64,000 nt of DNA, from positions 26,226,001-26,290,000 of the forward strand of contig NC_090356.1 of NCBI RefSeq assembly GCF_035084215.1, read 5' to 3'. Positions 1-11,907 of the stretch are shown one piece after another; within the stretch, counting starts at the first letter, position 1; every line of letters begins with the position of its first letter. The notes beneath the pieces are model-generated. The model made no database searches, was not told where the DNA came from, and saw only the letters and a list, made by a program, of their open reading frames with translations. Made by a program: the position numbers and the translations under genes. The DNA comes from Heptranchias perlo. Lineage: Eukaryota.

Positions 1-110
1 CTAAGCTCGGGAATTCCCTCCCCAAACTTCTTCACCTCTCCACCTCTCTCTCCTCCTTTAAGATGCTCCCTAAAACCTACGTCTTTGACCAAGCTTTTGG
101 TCACCTGTCC
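1..110 (+). mobile_element. L2 LINE 3' end fragment
   Basis: Matches the L2-type tail seen at 43548-44015 and 56350-56745 (ctctggaattccctccc...ctttgaccaagcttttggtcacctgtcc). Confidence 0.75.
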
Positions 111-139
111 TTCTTCTTCTTCTTCTTCTTCTTCTTCTT
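111..139. repeat. (TTC)n microsatellite
   Basis: Direct tandem TTC run. Confidence 0.9.
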
Positions 140-519
140 GTTCCCTTCAGAGGTGAGAATCCCATGGTTGTAAATGCATTCACTGAGACTTACTCTCTAT
201 GGTATTTCCAGTGAAATTGTAAACAGGCCACAGTGAGCTGCAGGTTTCAAACAGGCCAAACAGGGCCATTGCTGAGTGCACCTTTTCACTTGCACTGTGG
301 ATGTTTGGAAAGTTTCTCCCTTCTAATAGCAGCCCTTCATTCCCCTCACTGGAGAGTGAAGGGGCCTCATCCCGGTTTCAGTGACATTGCAAAGTTGAGC
401 ACTCTGTGAACCAAAGCCCAGAGAAGTGGTGCCACAATGCATGACTTATATACGTTATTAATTCTACCAAACTGCACAAGTGAACATATCTGGTAACTGC
501 TTCTACCTTAGTTATCCAT

Positions 520-925
520 TTAAGAGGGAATTGACCACTCTGAATTCCCCCCCACTCCGCCCCCTTGCAGTGATACAGTTCCACAGGCATCTATCACCCT
601 CCAGTCCCTAATCAAATGACCATTTTCCATGGGTGAGTCCAGATAGTGAGTATCTGGAGGCTGTTTGACTGCAGCAAGCACCACCACCAGGTCCAGCCTG
701 ACCACCTCCTACACACACACATACACACTTCCATAATGGTCAATAGCTAGGGATCAGGAACAGAAACTGTTGCTATTTTGCCCTCTTTAACCCAAGGACA
801 GTGCCCCCACTGCTCAACCAGGTGAGATGTGATAACTCAGCACTGTCCACGGATCGAAGTTAGGACCTGCCTGTTCTGTACAGCTCAACTACTCACTGCC
901 TGGACCTCCTGAGCTATCGAGGGAG
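520..925 (-). mobile_element. Old tRNA-derived SINE-like element
   Basis: tRNA-like head on minus strand near 850-920. Diverged relatives appear near 31700-31975 and 60080-60400. Confidence 0.4.
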
Positions 926-1521
926 TCTACCTATAAAGACTTTTCAACTCCAATTTTTCTTGCGAGGCACCATCTGCATTTCTTATGCTATCGGGGCTAT
1001 CAAACCACCATTTTCCTTTTGACAATTATGGCTTAATGATGTGACAGGATTCTCACTGCCCTTTCAGAACTCATAGTCACTTCATCTCCAGTATCTTGCA
1101 GGAAATGTAAGTTCCCAGTGACATCATTTACCCACAATGAAGTGAAAATGGGGTGAGATTGGAACAAATTAATAAGTAATAAATAGTGAACGGAACTGTG
1201 CTTAAATATTTATTTGATAAGTTATAGAGAACAGAGAAAACTATTTCAGTCTTCAAATAAAATGATCTTTTAATCGTTTGATGTTTCCACAGGGCGAGCA
1301 CCTGACCACAGTCATTAGAACAAATTTACTCCGTTATCAAGTAGAATTAAAGTTCTGCAACCATCATAAAATTAAACACAATGAAAATGAGTACAGACAG
1401 AACAAAAAAAAAGCTAAAATAAAAGCAAAAACAATGCCATGAATGCATAGAAGATTAGTCAGCAACTCAGAAAGACAGGGTCCTGTTTTCTGTACTGTGA
1501 CAAAAGGTTACCTTTTAAATA

Positions 1522-1730
1522 AAAAAGAAAGACTTGCATTTATATAGCACCTTTCACAACCTCAGGATGTCCCACAGCGCTTTACAGCCAATGCAGTACT
1601 TTTGAAGTGTAGTCACTGTTGTAATGTAGGAAATACGGCAGCCAATTTGCACACAGCAAGGTCCTACAAACAGCAATGTGATAATGAGCCAATAACCTAT
1701 TTTTAGTGAAGTTAGTTGAGGGACAAATAT
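1522..1730 (-). mobile_element. Deu-domain SINE (SacSINE1/AmnSINE1-like), 3' part
   Basis: aaagacttgcatttatatagcacctttcac...gcagccaatttgcacacagcaag, same family as 27058-27510. Confidence 0.75.
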
Positions 1731-3009
1731 TAATTGGACTTTCTTAGCCTCATTACATGTTTATATGGATAATGTCTTATCGTTGGCAAACGCATGGCAC
1801 TCCCACCACTGAAGGCATAGCACCAATGTCAAGGAGGTCAGCTCCACACCTGGAGTCCAGGATCTGACTTTCCCTGGATGCTCAGAGCCTCCTATTGGAC
1901 TAGACCCATGTTTTGTGGTGGGCCATGTGTCACAACTCAGGATCGATAAAAAGTCAGTCCCTAGATTCTGTTACCTCTGATGAGCCTAATAAGGACTGGG
2001 AGAAGGCTCATAGGAAAACGGGGAAAGCAGTGCCTGTGAGTCTCCTCTTGAGACCGTCTCTCCCAGCACTGTACAGTAAATATAAAAGGGGTTTTCGGGC
2101 GCTGTGCATTTCCAACGCTCTCAGTTGGAATGTTTTCTCAATGTTTTATTTACATTTTTTTCCTTTAACTTGTGTTTATCCAGAGCAGAAGCAGAGCAAT
2201 GGCCCTTCTCCCAAGAGTGGGAGGGCAATAACAGATGTGCAACAGATGTTCAACAATATGTAGCATAAGGATCTTGCTGCTACCTGCAAATAATGGCTGT
2301 CAATTCTGCTAACACCGTGACTGCTGTTCAGATTACATCTCGATTTTGCTCTCCCAGTAAGCACTAGATCATTCTTATCCATTCACTTACTTGAAGGAGC
2401 GCACAGCAGAGTTGAAGAATGGACTACTTATAGCTCGGAGACTCCACCAATGTGCATATTACTCTTGTAATTCTTTAAGGTATTTCTGACAAGATTTCTC
2501 TCCAAGAGTAGGTATAAATGGGTGTACTTGTCAAGTGAAATAACAGGACTAAAAAAAGCAAACCGCTCACCACCCTATAAATCGGTGACTCTCGCGACAC
2601 AACCCAGGAGATATTTGGGGCCCTCCTCACCTCCATCTGTGGCCCTCAGCAGACTTGACACTCACAGGCCTTTGACGGACGTCTAGTCCCAGACTGACGG
2701 CCGTGGTATGCTCTCTTATCTGGGATTAAGTTCTTTTCTTCCTCTTTACCTCATTTCCTAGCAGAAGAAGATAAGGCAATATTAGGAGACAAGCTTATCC
2801 CAGCTTCCAGGCAGGATGTGAAAGGTCATTATTAAAATACTGCTGTTTAGTAGAAATGTTGGTCCTTCAATTTTTCTCTCTTCTGGTTGACACCTGCCTG
2901 ACCTTCGCTGGGCAACTCCCAACAGTGGTACAACTGGAAGAGATTTAGTGTGTGTGAAGTTGCAGGTACAGCCTGGGTCCTGTCACACTGCAGCCATCAA
3001 GTAAGTTTC

Positions 3010-3352
3010 AAAGAAAGAACTTGTATTTACATACAACAACAGCTTGCATTTATATAGCGCTTTTAATGTAGTAAAATGCTTATCAGTTCTCTCGGGAAAT
3101 TCAAAGTGTTTTATATTCAATGGATGACTTTCGAAGTACACTCGCTGCTTTGCAGGCAAACATGCCAGTCGATTCGCACACAGCGAGGTCCTATAAACAG
3201 CAAATGAGATGAGTCACCAGTTAACCTGTTTTTGCTGGTGTTCGTTGAGAGCTGAATATTGGGGAGAACACTGGAAGAAACCCCTGCTCGTCTCAGAATA
3301 GGGCCGTGGATCTTTAATATCCACCTGAACAGGAGTCCTCGGTTTAGTGTCC
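3010..3352 (-). mobile_element. Deu-domain SINE, diverged
   Basis: Same tail and body motifs as the other copies. Confidence 0.6.
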
Positions 3353-3379
3353 CAAGGCGTTGGTCAGGTTTGTGGCCTG

Positions 3380-3497
3380 GGAAATGTCCCCACTGACTCA
3401 GGCTATAGGCAGAGATGGCCACAGCCTTATCACTTGTTGTTATTATCTGGCCAGGCCTAGCTCTTCAACAGTTGTTCTATGTTGTGACTTGTCCTGT
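3380..3497 (-). pseudogene. Harbinger (HARBI1-type) transposase fossil, C-terminal piece
   Basis: Minus strand reads RTSHNIEQLLKS, resembling the TR..IE...GLLK motif. It continues the KIH at 6296 across the direct repeat tcctgt. Confidence 0.4.
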
Positions 3498-3634
3498 CAC
3501 ACACACAAAAATTATTACAAGACAAATATGAAAATGATAAACCAGGCGTCAACAAAACAAGAGAGAAGCAAGAGCACAGAAAATCAGACAGAGACAAACT
3601 AACTTTACAAACAATTTACAGAAGAGGGCACACC

Positions 3635-6070
3635 GGAATAAAATTAAGCTGCCAATTATCCCTCTCTTTCAGCCAGGTTTCCATTATAGCAATGATATCA
3701 TGCTGCCATGTGTCTATCTGTGCCCTTAGCTCATCTGCTTTGTTTGTAATACTCCTTGCATTGAAGTATATACCCTTTAACCCCATCAAATTCCTGTGCT
3801 GAACACTATTTAACCTTTGCTTCTTTTGCCTTTCTGAGTCACTAACTACGTCACTAACTGCTTTTCTACTTCCCGTTTTCTGATTTGAATTTGTCCTATT
3901 GCCCTTTAGTTCCCACCCCCCTGCCATACTCGTTTAAACCGACCCAACAGAACTAGCAAATGCCCCCGCGAGGATATTGGTCACGGTTCTGCTTGGGTGC
4001 AACCCGTCCATCTTGTACAGATCCCGCCTTTCCCAGAATCGGTCCCAATGCCTCAGGAATTTAAACCCCTCCCTCCTACACTATCTCTCAAGCCACGCAT
4101 TCATCCGGTCTATTCTCCTATTTCTGCTCTCGCTAGCACCTGGCACTGGGAGGTTTTTTTTATTCGTTCATGGGATGTGGGCATTGCTGGCAAAGCCAGC
4201 ATTTATTGCCCATCCCTAATTGCCCTTGAGAAGGTGGTGGTGAGCCGCCTTCTTGAACTGCTGTAGTCCGTGAGGTGAAGGTTCTCCCACAGTGCTGTTA
4301 GGAAGGGAGTTCCAGGATTTTGACCCAGCGACGATGAAGGAACGGCGATATATTTCCAAGTCAGGATGGTGTGTGACTTGGAGGGGAACGTGCAGGCAGT
4401 GTTGTTCCCATGTGCCTGCTGCGCTTGTCCTTCTAGGTGGTAGAGGTCGCGGGTTTGGGAGGTGCTGTCGAAGAAGCCTTGGCGAGTTGCTGCAGTGCAT
4501 CCTGTGGATGGTGCACACTGCAGCCACGGTGCACCGGTGGTGAAGGGAGTGAATGTTTAGGGTGGTGGATGGGGTGCCAATCAAGTGGGCTACTTTGTCC
4601 TGGATGGTGTCGAGCTTCTTGAGTGTTGTTGGAGCTGCACTCATCCAGGCAAGTGGAGAGTATTCCATCACACTCCTGATTTGTGCCTTGCAGATGGTGG
4701 AAAGGCTTTGGGGAGTCAGGAGGAGAGTCACTCGGCGCAGAATTCCCAGCCTCTGACCTGCTCTTGTAGTCACAGTATTTATATGGCTGGTCCAGTTAAG
4801 TTTCTGGTCAATGGTGACCCCCAGGATGTTGATGGTGGGGGTTTCCGTGAAAGTAATGCCGTTGAATGTCAAGGGGAGGTGGTTAGACTCTCTCTTGTTG
4901 GAGATGGTCATTGCCTGGCACTTGTCTGGCGTGAATGTTACTTGCCACTTATCAGCCCAAGCCTGGATGTTGTCCAGGTCTTGCTGCATGCGGGCATGGA
5001 CTGCTTCATTGTTTGAGGGGTTGCGAATGGAACTGAACACTGCGCAATCTTTAGCGAACATCCCCATTTCTGACCTTATGATGGAGGGAAGGTCATTGAT
5101 GAAGCAGCTGAAGATGGTTGGGCCTAGGACTCTGCCCTGAGGAACTCCTGCAGCAATGTCCTGGGGCTGAGATGATTGGCCTCCAACAACCACTACCATC
5201 TTCCTTTGTGCTAGGTATGACTCCAGCCACTGGAGAGTTTTCCCCCTGATTCCCATTGACTTCAATTTTACTAGGGTTCCTTGGTGCCACACTCGGTCAA
5301 ATGCTGCCTTGATGTCAAGGGCAGTCACTCTAACCTGAGACTACTACCTTAGAGGTCCTGCTTTTTAATTTATTTCCCAACTCTCTATAGTCTGCTTGCA
5401 GGACCTCACCCTTTTTTTTACCGATGTCGTTGGTACCGAAATGGACCACGACCACTGGCTGTTCACCCTCCCCCTTCAGAATGTCTTGCAGCCGCTCCGT
5501 GACATCCTTGACCCTAGCACCAGGGAGGCAACATACCATCCTGGAGTCATGTCTGCGGCCGTAGAAGCGCCTATCTGCTCCCCTTACGATGGAATCCCCT
5601 ATCACTATTGCTCTCCCATTCTTTTTCATCCCCTCCTGTGCAGCTGAGTCACTTGTGGTGCCACGGTCTTGGCTCTTGCTGCATTCCCCTGATAAGCCAT
5701 CTCCCCCAACAATATCCAAGGCGAAATATCTGTTTGAGAGGGAGATGGCCCCAGGGGACTCCTGCTCTACCTGCCTAGTCTTTTTACTCTACCTGGCAGT
5801 CACCCATTTCCTTTCTTCCTGCGTATTCTTTACCTGCGGTGTGACCACCTCACTGAATGTGCTATTCACGATAATCTCAGCATCGCCGATGCTCCACGGT
5901 GAATCCACCCGCAGCTCCAGGTCCAAAATGCGGTTAGCCAGTAGCTGCAGCTGGACACACTTTCTGCACACATGGTCGCCAGGGACTCCGGTAGTGTCCA
6001 TGACTTCCCACATTGCGCAGGAGGAGCGTATCACAGTTGCGAGCTCTGCTGCCATGACTTGCCTTAGGTT
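3635..6070 (-). mobile_element. CR1 LINE 5' portion: ORF1 (zinc-finger plus SGNH esterase) and start of ORF2 APE, degenerate, interrupted by another LINE
   Basis: ORFs 5789-6178 (CAMWE..HVCRKC) and 5330-5719 (IVIGDSIVRG..CCLPGARVKD..VHFGTND). Esterase continues below 4152 (DGLHP). ORF2 start YFNARSITNKADEL..ETWL in ORF 3616-3927. Confidence 0.85.
4154..5330 (-). mobile_element. 5'-truncated copy of the ORF1-less CR1-group LINE (RT C-terminal part and tail)
   Basis: ORF 4216-5328 (ALDIKAAFDRVWH, GVPQG, FAKDC). Near-identical to 11908-15142. Confidence 0.9.
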
Positions 6071-6074
6071 AAAT

Positions 6075-6291
6075 CTCGAACTCTCTCCCCAAAAAGCTGT
6101 GGATGATAAGTCAATTGAAAATTTCAAAACTGAGATTGATAGATTTTTGAGTAAGGATATTAAGGGATATGGAACCAAGGCAGGTAAATGGAGTTAAGAT
6201 ACAGATCAGCCATGATCTAAATGAATGGTGGAACAGGCTCGAGGGGCTGAATGGCCTACTCCTGTTCCTATGGTCCAATGTTTCCGATGTT
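6075..6291 (+). mobile_element. CR1 LINE 3' tail
   Basis: FKTEIDRFL-coding end, ggctcgaggggctgaatggcctactcctgttcc tail. Confidence 0.85.
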
Positions 6292-6295
6292 CCTG

Positions 6296-6619
6296 TGTAT
6301 CTTATGGTATTTATGTTTCACTGCTGTCTGGGAGTTTCTTAGTGGAGTCAGCAGCCATGGCTCCAGAGGATAGCAGGGTCTCCAGGCATTCATTGTCCTG
6401 TCTCAGTGAGCCTTAAACGAAAGCAGGCAAATGGGCCAGTGTATAATGAAGGTATCACAGGCACTTTATGGGCAGATAACGGGGGTTCACTTGCATTAGG
6501 ATGTTTCTGTGGTCAGACACAACCTGATCAGCAACTGAATGGAAGCCCTTCCGTGTTCGCTCAGTCTATGGGGTTGATGTGAGGTGTCCTGGAGCCCTGG
6601 TGCCATCCATTAAACTTTG
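6296..6619 (-). pseudogene. Harbinger (HARBI1-type) transposase fossil, DDE catalytic part
   Basis: Frameshifted minus-strand translation QSLMDGT / RKGFHSVADQVVSDHRNILMQVNPRY / YPLEPWLLTPLRNSQT matches the HARBI1 motifs IDCTH, NRKGFHSINVQ and GYPL.PWLLTP. Confidence 0.75.
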
Positions 6620-6620
6620 T

Positions 6621-8275
6621 AGGCTAGAAACTCGGCTGTGTTGCGCCCGTTGTATAGGCGCTACGTGGCCTCTTGAAGTTCCAAAATAGCATCTGGAATG
6701 CTGCCCACACTTCTAGCGTGATGTGCGCCTGATGCCATCTTGGTAAAAGGGCTCGGGGAGGTGCAGATAATGAACGCCGGCTACATGTAAATTAAGAATA
6801 ATATGCGTTAGATCAGTGTGCAATGCTGATTTAAAGGGATTGACACCATTTTGATGCAGCCATCACACTGTCTTAACCATGACTAGCTAAACATGTTGTA
6901 AACAGCCTGGAGGTCCCCCCCACCAGCACTATTTAAAGGGGCCATGCAGGATTTACAGGTTAGTTGCTGGATCATTGCTTCTGGCTGCTGATGCATTTGT
7001 ACCTGTTTTTGGAGGGCTCCTAGACTTGAATACTGGGATGAGGGGACATAGCCTAACATTTAGAGCCAGGATTTGCAGGAGTGAAGTTTGGAAACGCTTC
7101 TACACGCAAAGGGTGGGAGATATTTGGAACGCTCTTCCGCAAACGGTACTCGGTGCTAGCTCAATTGTTAATTTTAAGACTGAGATTGATAGATTTCTGT
7201 GAACCAAGGTTATTAAGGGATATGGGGCTAAGGCGGGTATATGGGGTTAGGTCACAGGTCCACCATGATTTCATTGAATGGCGGAACAGGCTCGAGGGGC
7301 TAAATGCCACTGCCACTCGCTGCCTCCTGTTATGCGCCACCTTCTCCTGCAAGAAAGTGGGACGTGTGTCAGTGAGTGTCCTGCAGGATGTCTGGGTAAT
7401 GTGCCTGTCATGGTTGAATAGCTGGCAGTGCGTGTGACCTGTGAGTTCTGGGTGTGCGGCTTGAAACAGTGGCAATGTGTGAAGGTGAGAGGAAGCATCT
7501 GATTGGAAGAGTTGAGTACTGGTGGAAAGAGTTTGTTTGGGTGATGGGGGGTGTAGTGTGTGGAGCAGTGGATGCGGCTAGTGGTGCAGTTGGTAGAAGA
7601 CGCCATTTGACAGTTGACCTCACTCACATTGACCACTCGTGTCAAAGCATTGAACTTCTGCCTGCACTGCATCCATGTTCGTGGTGCTATGCTCCTGGCA
7701 TTCACTTCGTCCCCTACTGCCTCCCACTGCCTCTTGAGCATATATCTGGAGGGCCTCTTGCCCCCTGAAGTAATATGTTGCCCCTCCTTCTGTCCACCTC
7801 TTGCACCAAGGTCTCCAGTGCATCAGCAGATAACCTTGGTGCACACTGTCTCGGAGGCCTGTTACAAACCCAGATCGGCAGATTGGTGAAGTCTGGCGGC
7901 AGATTGGAGGATGTGGGACTAAGTAGTGTACAACCTTTATTCAATGTTTTAACATAACTCAACAGTTTTTAAACAGAGGGATGGGACCCGCATCTGTGTT
8001 TTACATGTGCGATGTCTCTGTATGGACCCGTATGGTGCGGGCTGCCTTTAAGAGGAGCAGGCTGACTTTAAGAGGTGCGAGTAACTCACGTGAGATTTGG
8101 GCCCCCTGCTGGTGAGACGTGCTGAAGCTGGAGAGAACGTCGCAGCTCGGCCTCGATGCTGCGCAACTGTCAGGTAAATGAGTCTAACGTGCTGCCTGCG
8201 TCAGAGCCACCGGTCGCAGGCTAATTGCGCACTGCGATGCTTGTGCCTGGATTCGGGGGTTAACCAATTTAACAC
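6621..8275 (-). mobile_element. PIF/Harbinger element carrying a degenerate Myb/SANT-like gene
   Basis: APRLSADALETLVQEV..RQWEAVGDEVNARSIAPRTWMQCRQKFNALTRVV (about 7628-7850), GTGAGT donor at 7627, acceptor at 7347, then EKVAHNRR. One frameshift. Ends approximate. Confidence 0.75.
7018..7305 (+). mobile_element. CR1 3' fragment inserted in the Harbinger element
   Basis: RGHSL..FYTQRV..WNALP..FKTEIDRFL followed by the tail. Confidence 0.8.
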
Positions 8276-8279
8276 TTCT

Positions 8280-8670
8280 TCAGGACACTGCCACCTGGTG
8301 AAAGTTCTCTGGCCTTTGCGGATGATGCCCCTTTTCAACAGGGGAAAGTGGTGAAGATGTCGCCCGTTGCATCTGCGGCTTGTTTGATAAATCAGAACGC
8401 TGTAGACTGGCTCCTCTGGCAGATGTTCCCTTCGATGGCTTGGAAGGATCCAATGGCATAAAAGCTTAATTCTGCGGCAGCCTTGACAACTACAGGAAGA
8501 GCTGCCCCTGTTCTATATGTTGTCTGCCGGTCAGCTTGGAAGAGATGGCATTGGCCTTTGATGGCCTCTTTTACTAAGTGGAGGCGGTGAGGACAGTTCA
8601 GTGGAAGGACATGCCCAGTGGGAGTCCTGGAGAACTGGCAAGTGTGGAGATATATCTCAGGTGTCATTGC
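8280..8670 (-). pseudogene. Harbinger (HARBI1-type) transposase fossil, N-terminal HTH part
   Basis: ORF 8392-8667: RLHLVKEAI..CHL..ALPVVVKAAAELSFYAIGSFQAIEGNICQRSQS, resembling ALPVAVKVTAALNFYASGSFQ...GDICHISQ. Confidence 0.8.
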
Positions 8671-9000
8671 ACCTGTCTTTGGTGTCCCCTCATGAATATA
8701 TCTTCCTTATCTAAAATGTGCAGTGCTGCAGGAACTCAGATCCTCAGCACTTTGTTCGCTACAAGATGAATTTGCAGCAGCAACTGACAGGAAAAGTATT
8801 GTAAAAAAAAATGAACTGAATATGCTCCATGACAACAGAAACCTGGCTTTAAAAATCCACCTACAGCAGACCAGGCCAGTACAAGAGTCACGCGCCCTTT
8901 TACATGGTGAGGTGAGAACTAGGAATAGAGCTAGCAACAAAATACAGGGAATATGGCAAGAGACCAATTAACATGAAGGGCAAGGTTGAAAAAAGACCTT

Positions 9001-9127
9001 AGCTCCGGTTGTAACCTAATCCGCCTGGCAGGTTCAGGTGGGACGCCCGAGGTCGATGGCGAGTAAAATTGGACCGGGTCTGAATCCACCAAGTTCCCAC
9101 CAGGCGGGTTAGGTTAAAATTGGGGCT
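9001..9127. mobile_element. MITE with ~30-bp imperfect terminal inverted repeats
   Basis: Left agctccggttgtaacctaatccgcctgg versus reverse complement of right agccccaattttaacctaacccgcctgg. Confidence 0.6.
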
Positions 9128-9134
9128 CTAGACC

Positions 9135-9750
9135 CTAAGTAGACTCAATGCTCAACATGTCCAACCAATGTAGAGCAGCAATCAACAAATTCACTAGAAG
9201 GTGGAACTGCATGGCCAAATCAGTCAAATAAAAGTCAGAAGAAGTCATGATCAAACTGCATGGTGCTCTGATCAGACCTTGAGCTCTGCACCTTGTTCTG
9301 GTCACCGAGACACAAAGGAGACACTCAAGCTCTTGGAGGCAGTGCAGAGAAAAACCATGAGGCTGGTCCCTAGCGTCAAAGGTCTGAGTCATAAGGAAAG
9401 GTAAGAGCAATTCGGGCTTTTCGGCCTTGAAAGTTGACCTCTGAGAGATGAACAGACAGAGAGATGTGCAGGGCAGTTAACAATGTGAAATTACCTTAAC
9501 TTAAATTGCAAGAGTACGACAAGAGACCACACATTCAAGGCAAATTTAGGATGTCTATCATGGAGGTTCTTCACAAAAGAGTGATCAATTTGTGCAATGG
9601 ACTCCTGGAGAGAGTAATGGAGACAAAAAAATCTGGATTCATTTAAGAACCAATTGAATGTTGCAATGGGAGAACTTCAGGGTTTTTCTGAATGGATGGA
9701 CTAAGATGGGCCGAAGGGCCTTCCTCCCTTGTAAATATCTCGTGAACATA
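9135..9750 (+). mobile_element. Old degenerate CR1 3' region
   Basis: LEAVQRKTMRLVPSVKGLSHKER-like translation and CR1-type tail. Confidence 0.65.
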
Positions 9751-11029
9751 ATATTTGAGGCTGTAATGAGGCTTGTCTTCACTTCAGGTACAGCCACCTG
9801 AAGGTTGGCCAGTTTCTATCACGACAAGAAATGGAAAACAGCCCTTGGAGTCTGATGTCACAAACTGCGCTCACCCCCAGCGAGATTCTGCATCAACAGT
9901 GGTTATTGTATAAATATGAGACAGGCAAAGCATTAGACAAACAACAAAGTAAAGTGAGACATTTATTGTTGAGACAACTCACCGAGTCCTGTGAGGGCAC
10001 AGTGCAGGTGTTGGGCTTGCTTCATATCATTAACACGCTCAACTACAATGCATTTAACTCAGTGCAGTCTTTATTGAGCATGACAGTATTTTCACGCCTG
10101 ATGCGAGGCAAACACTCTTCGGAACTAAGATATGTGACAGGTTATAATTACAAAAATAGTCTTTAGCAAACACCTTGACATCCTTAATTAGTGGATTCAA
10201 TCATTTTATATTGCCAGTTTAAATATTAGTTTGAAAGCACATTAGTATTGAATTCTTCTCAAGAAAATGTCCCAACCAACAGCCTTAAACATCCATCTGC
10301 TGATGTTAGTCACATAATGAGGAAAACGTCATGTTATGTGAGACTATGATAAGCAAAAACAGAGATGATGCCTCCTCTGTCCTCTCTGTAACACAATCAT
10401 CCTGTTATCTGTAACTTTATTGATATTATTATCGTCATCCTTCTTCTGACTGTTCCGCTCTTATTCCTCCGAGGCCCCCACTATATCGTCGCTAACTCTG
10501 TTTCTTTCTCCATAGATGCTGCCTGACTTGCTGAATATTTCCAGCATTTTCTGTTTTTATATCGTCCTAAATGCTCTGCCTCCTCCCTACTGTGTTTAAA
10601 TTGGACTGTCCCCTACACTAATTCATTGGCCTTGATAGTCCTTCCTCTGAATGCTCAGGAGAAGGAAAAGGTCTGTGCCCTCTGTACATTGTTTCGGGAG
10701 CTTTGGGGCTTCTCCTGAAGAGGGAAAGGCAGACTAACTACACCTACAACAGGTGCAGGCATTGTAATGGCTTGGAAATGAGGTGCGAGGGGCTATATTT
10801 TCTTCTGGGAAGGCAGGTTGTGCACCCAACTGGGGCTGGCCTGAGAAGGAACGTGTCCCCTTGTCCCCACAGGGGCCCGCTGAATCCTTGGGCTGGAGGC
10901 CTGACAGCAGCCAGAAGGCCCCATAGCCGAAAGGCCATTGTCTCTACTGCAACCCTGTACTGAGACCAGGCCAATAACCTGAACCCACTAATCCAGGCAG
11001 CTTCAGGTCATGTCAGGCGCAGCGATTAA

Positions 11030-11672
11030 AATAATGAAAAAGGCTAATGGAATCTTAGGCTTCATCTCAAGAGGGCTGAAATACAAAGGGGTGCAAGTCA
11101 TGCTACAATTGTATAAAGCTCTGGTTAGACCCCATCTGGAGTACTGCGTTCAGTTCTGGGCACTGCACCTCAGGAAGGATATATTAGCTTTGATGGGGAT
11201 GCACTGCAGATTCACCAGAATGAGACCGGAGCTAAAAGGGTTAAATTATGGACAGGTTGCATAAACTAGGCTTGTATTCCCTTGAGTATAGAAGATTACA
11301 GGGTGATCTAATTGTGCTGTTTAAAATGATAAAAGGATTTGGTCGGGTAGACTCTATTTCCTCTGGTGGGGGAATCCAGAACAAGGGGGCATAATCTTAA
11401 AATTAGACCTAGGCCATTCAGGGGTGATGTCAGGAAGCACTTCTTCACACAAAGGGTAGTGGAAATCTGGAACTCTCTCCTCCAAAAAGCTATTGAGGCT
11501 GGGGATCAATTGAAAATTTTAAAACTGAGATTGACAGATTTTTGTTAGGCAAGGGTGTTAAGGGATATGGAACCAAGGCGGGTAGATGGAGTTAAGATAC
11601 AAATCAACCATGATCTAATTGAATGGCGGAACAGGCTCGCGGGGCTGAATGGCCTACTCCTGGTCCTATGTT
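11030..11672 (+). mobile_element. CR1 LINE 3' fragment
   Basis: KKANGILGFI..LYKALVRPHLEYCVQFW..RTRGHNLK..FFTQRVV plus tail. Confidence 0.9.
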
Positions 11673-11907
11673 CAAGTGCACTTCAGGTGCACTCTGGCCA
11701 ACTAGTGCTCCAGCTCAGCTATATGCCTCTATGTCCAAATAGCCCACCAATGCTCACTGTGAAGGCTCATGTATGGGTAATGGCCACTTTGATAGCAAGG
11801 ACAATTGTGCCACAGAGAGGACAGAGGAAGCATATCTTTCCTATCAGACTGCCACATAACATGACGTTTTCCTGCAGTCTCATTATGTGACTAACATCAG
11901 CCGATAC

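Noticed and set aside
4292-5290. Overlapping shadow ORFs here and at 13065-15094 and 49109-51572
   Set aside because: Antisense or alternate-frame products of the same LINE; they recur only because the element is repeated.
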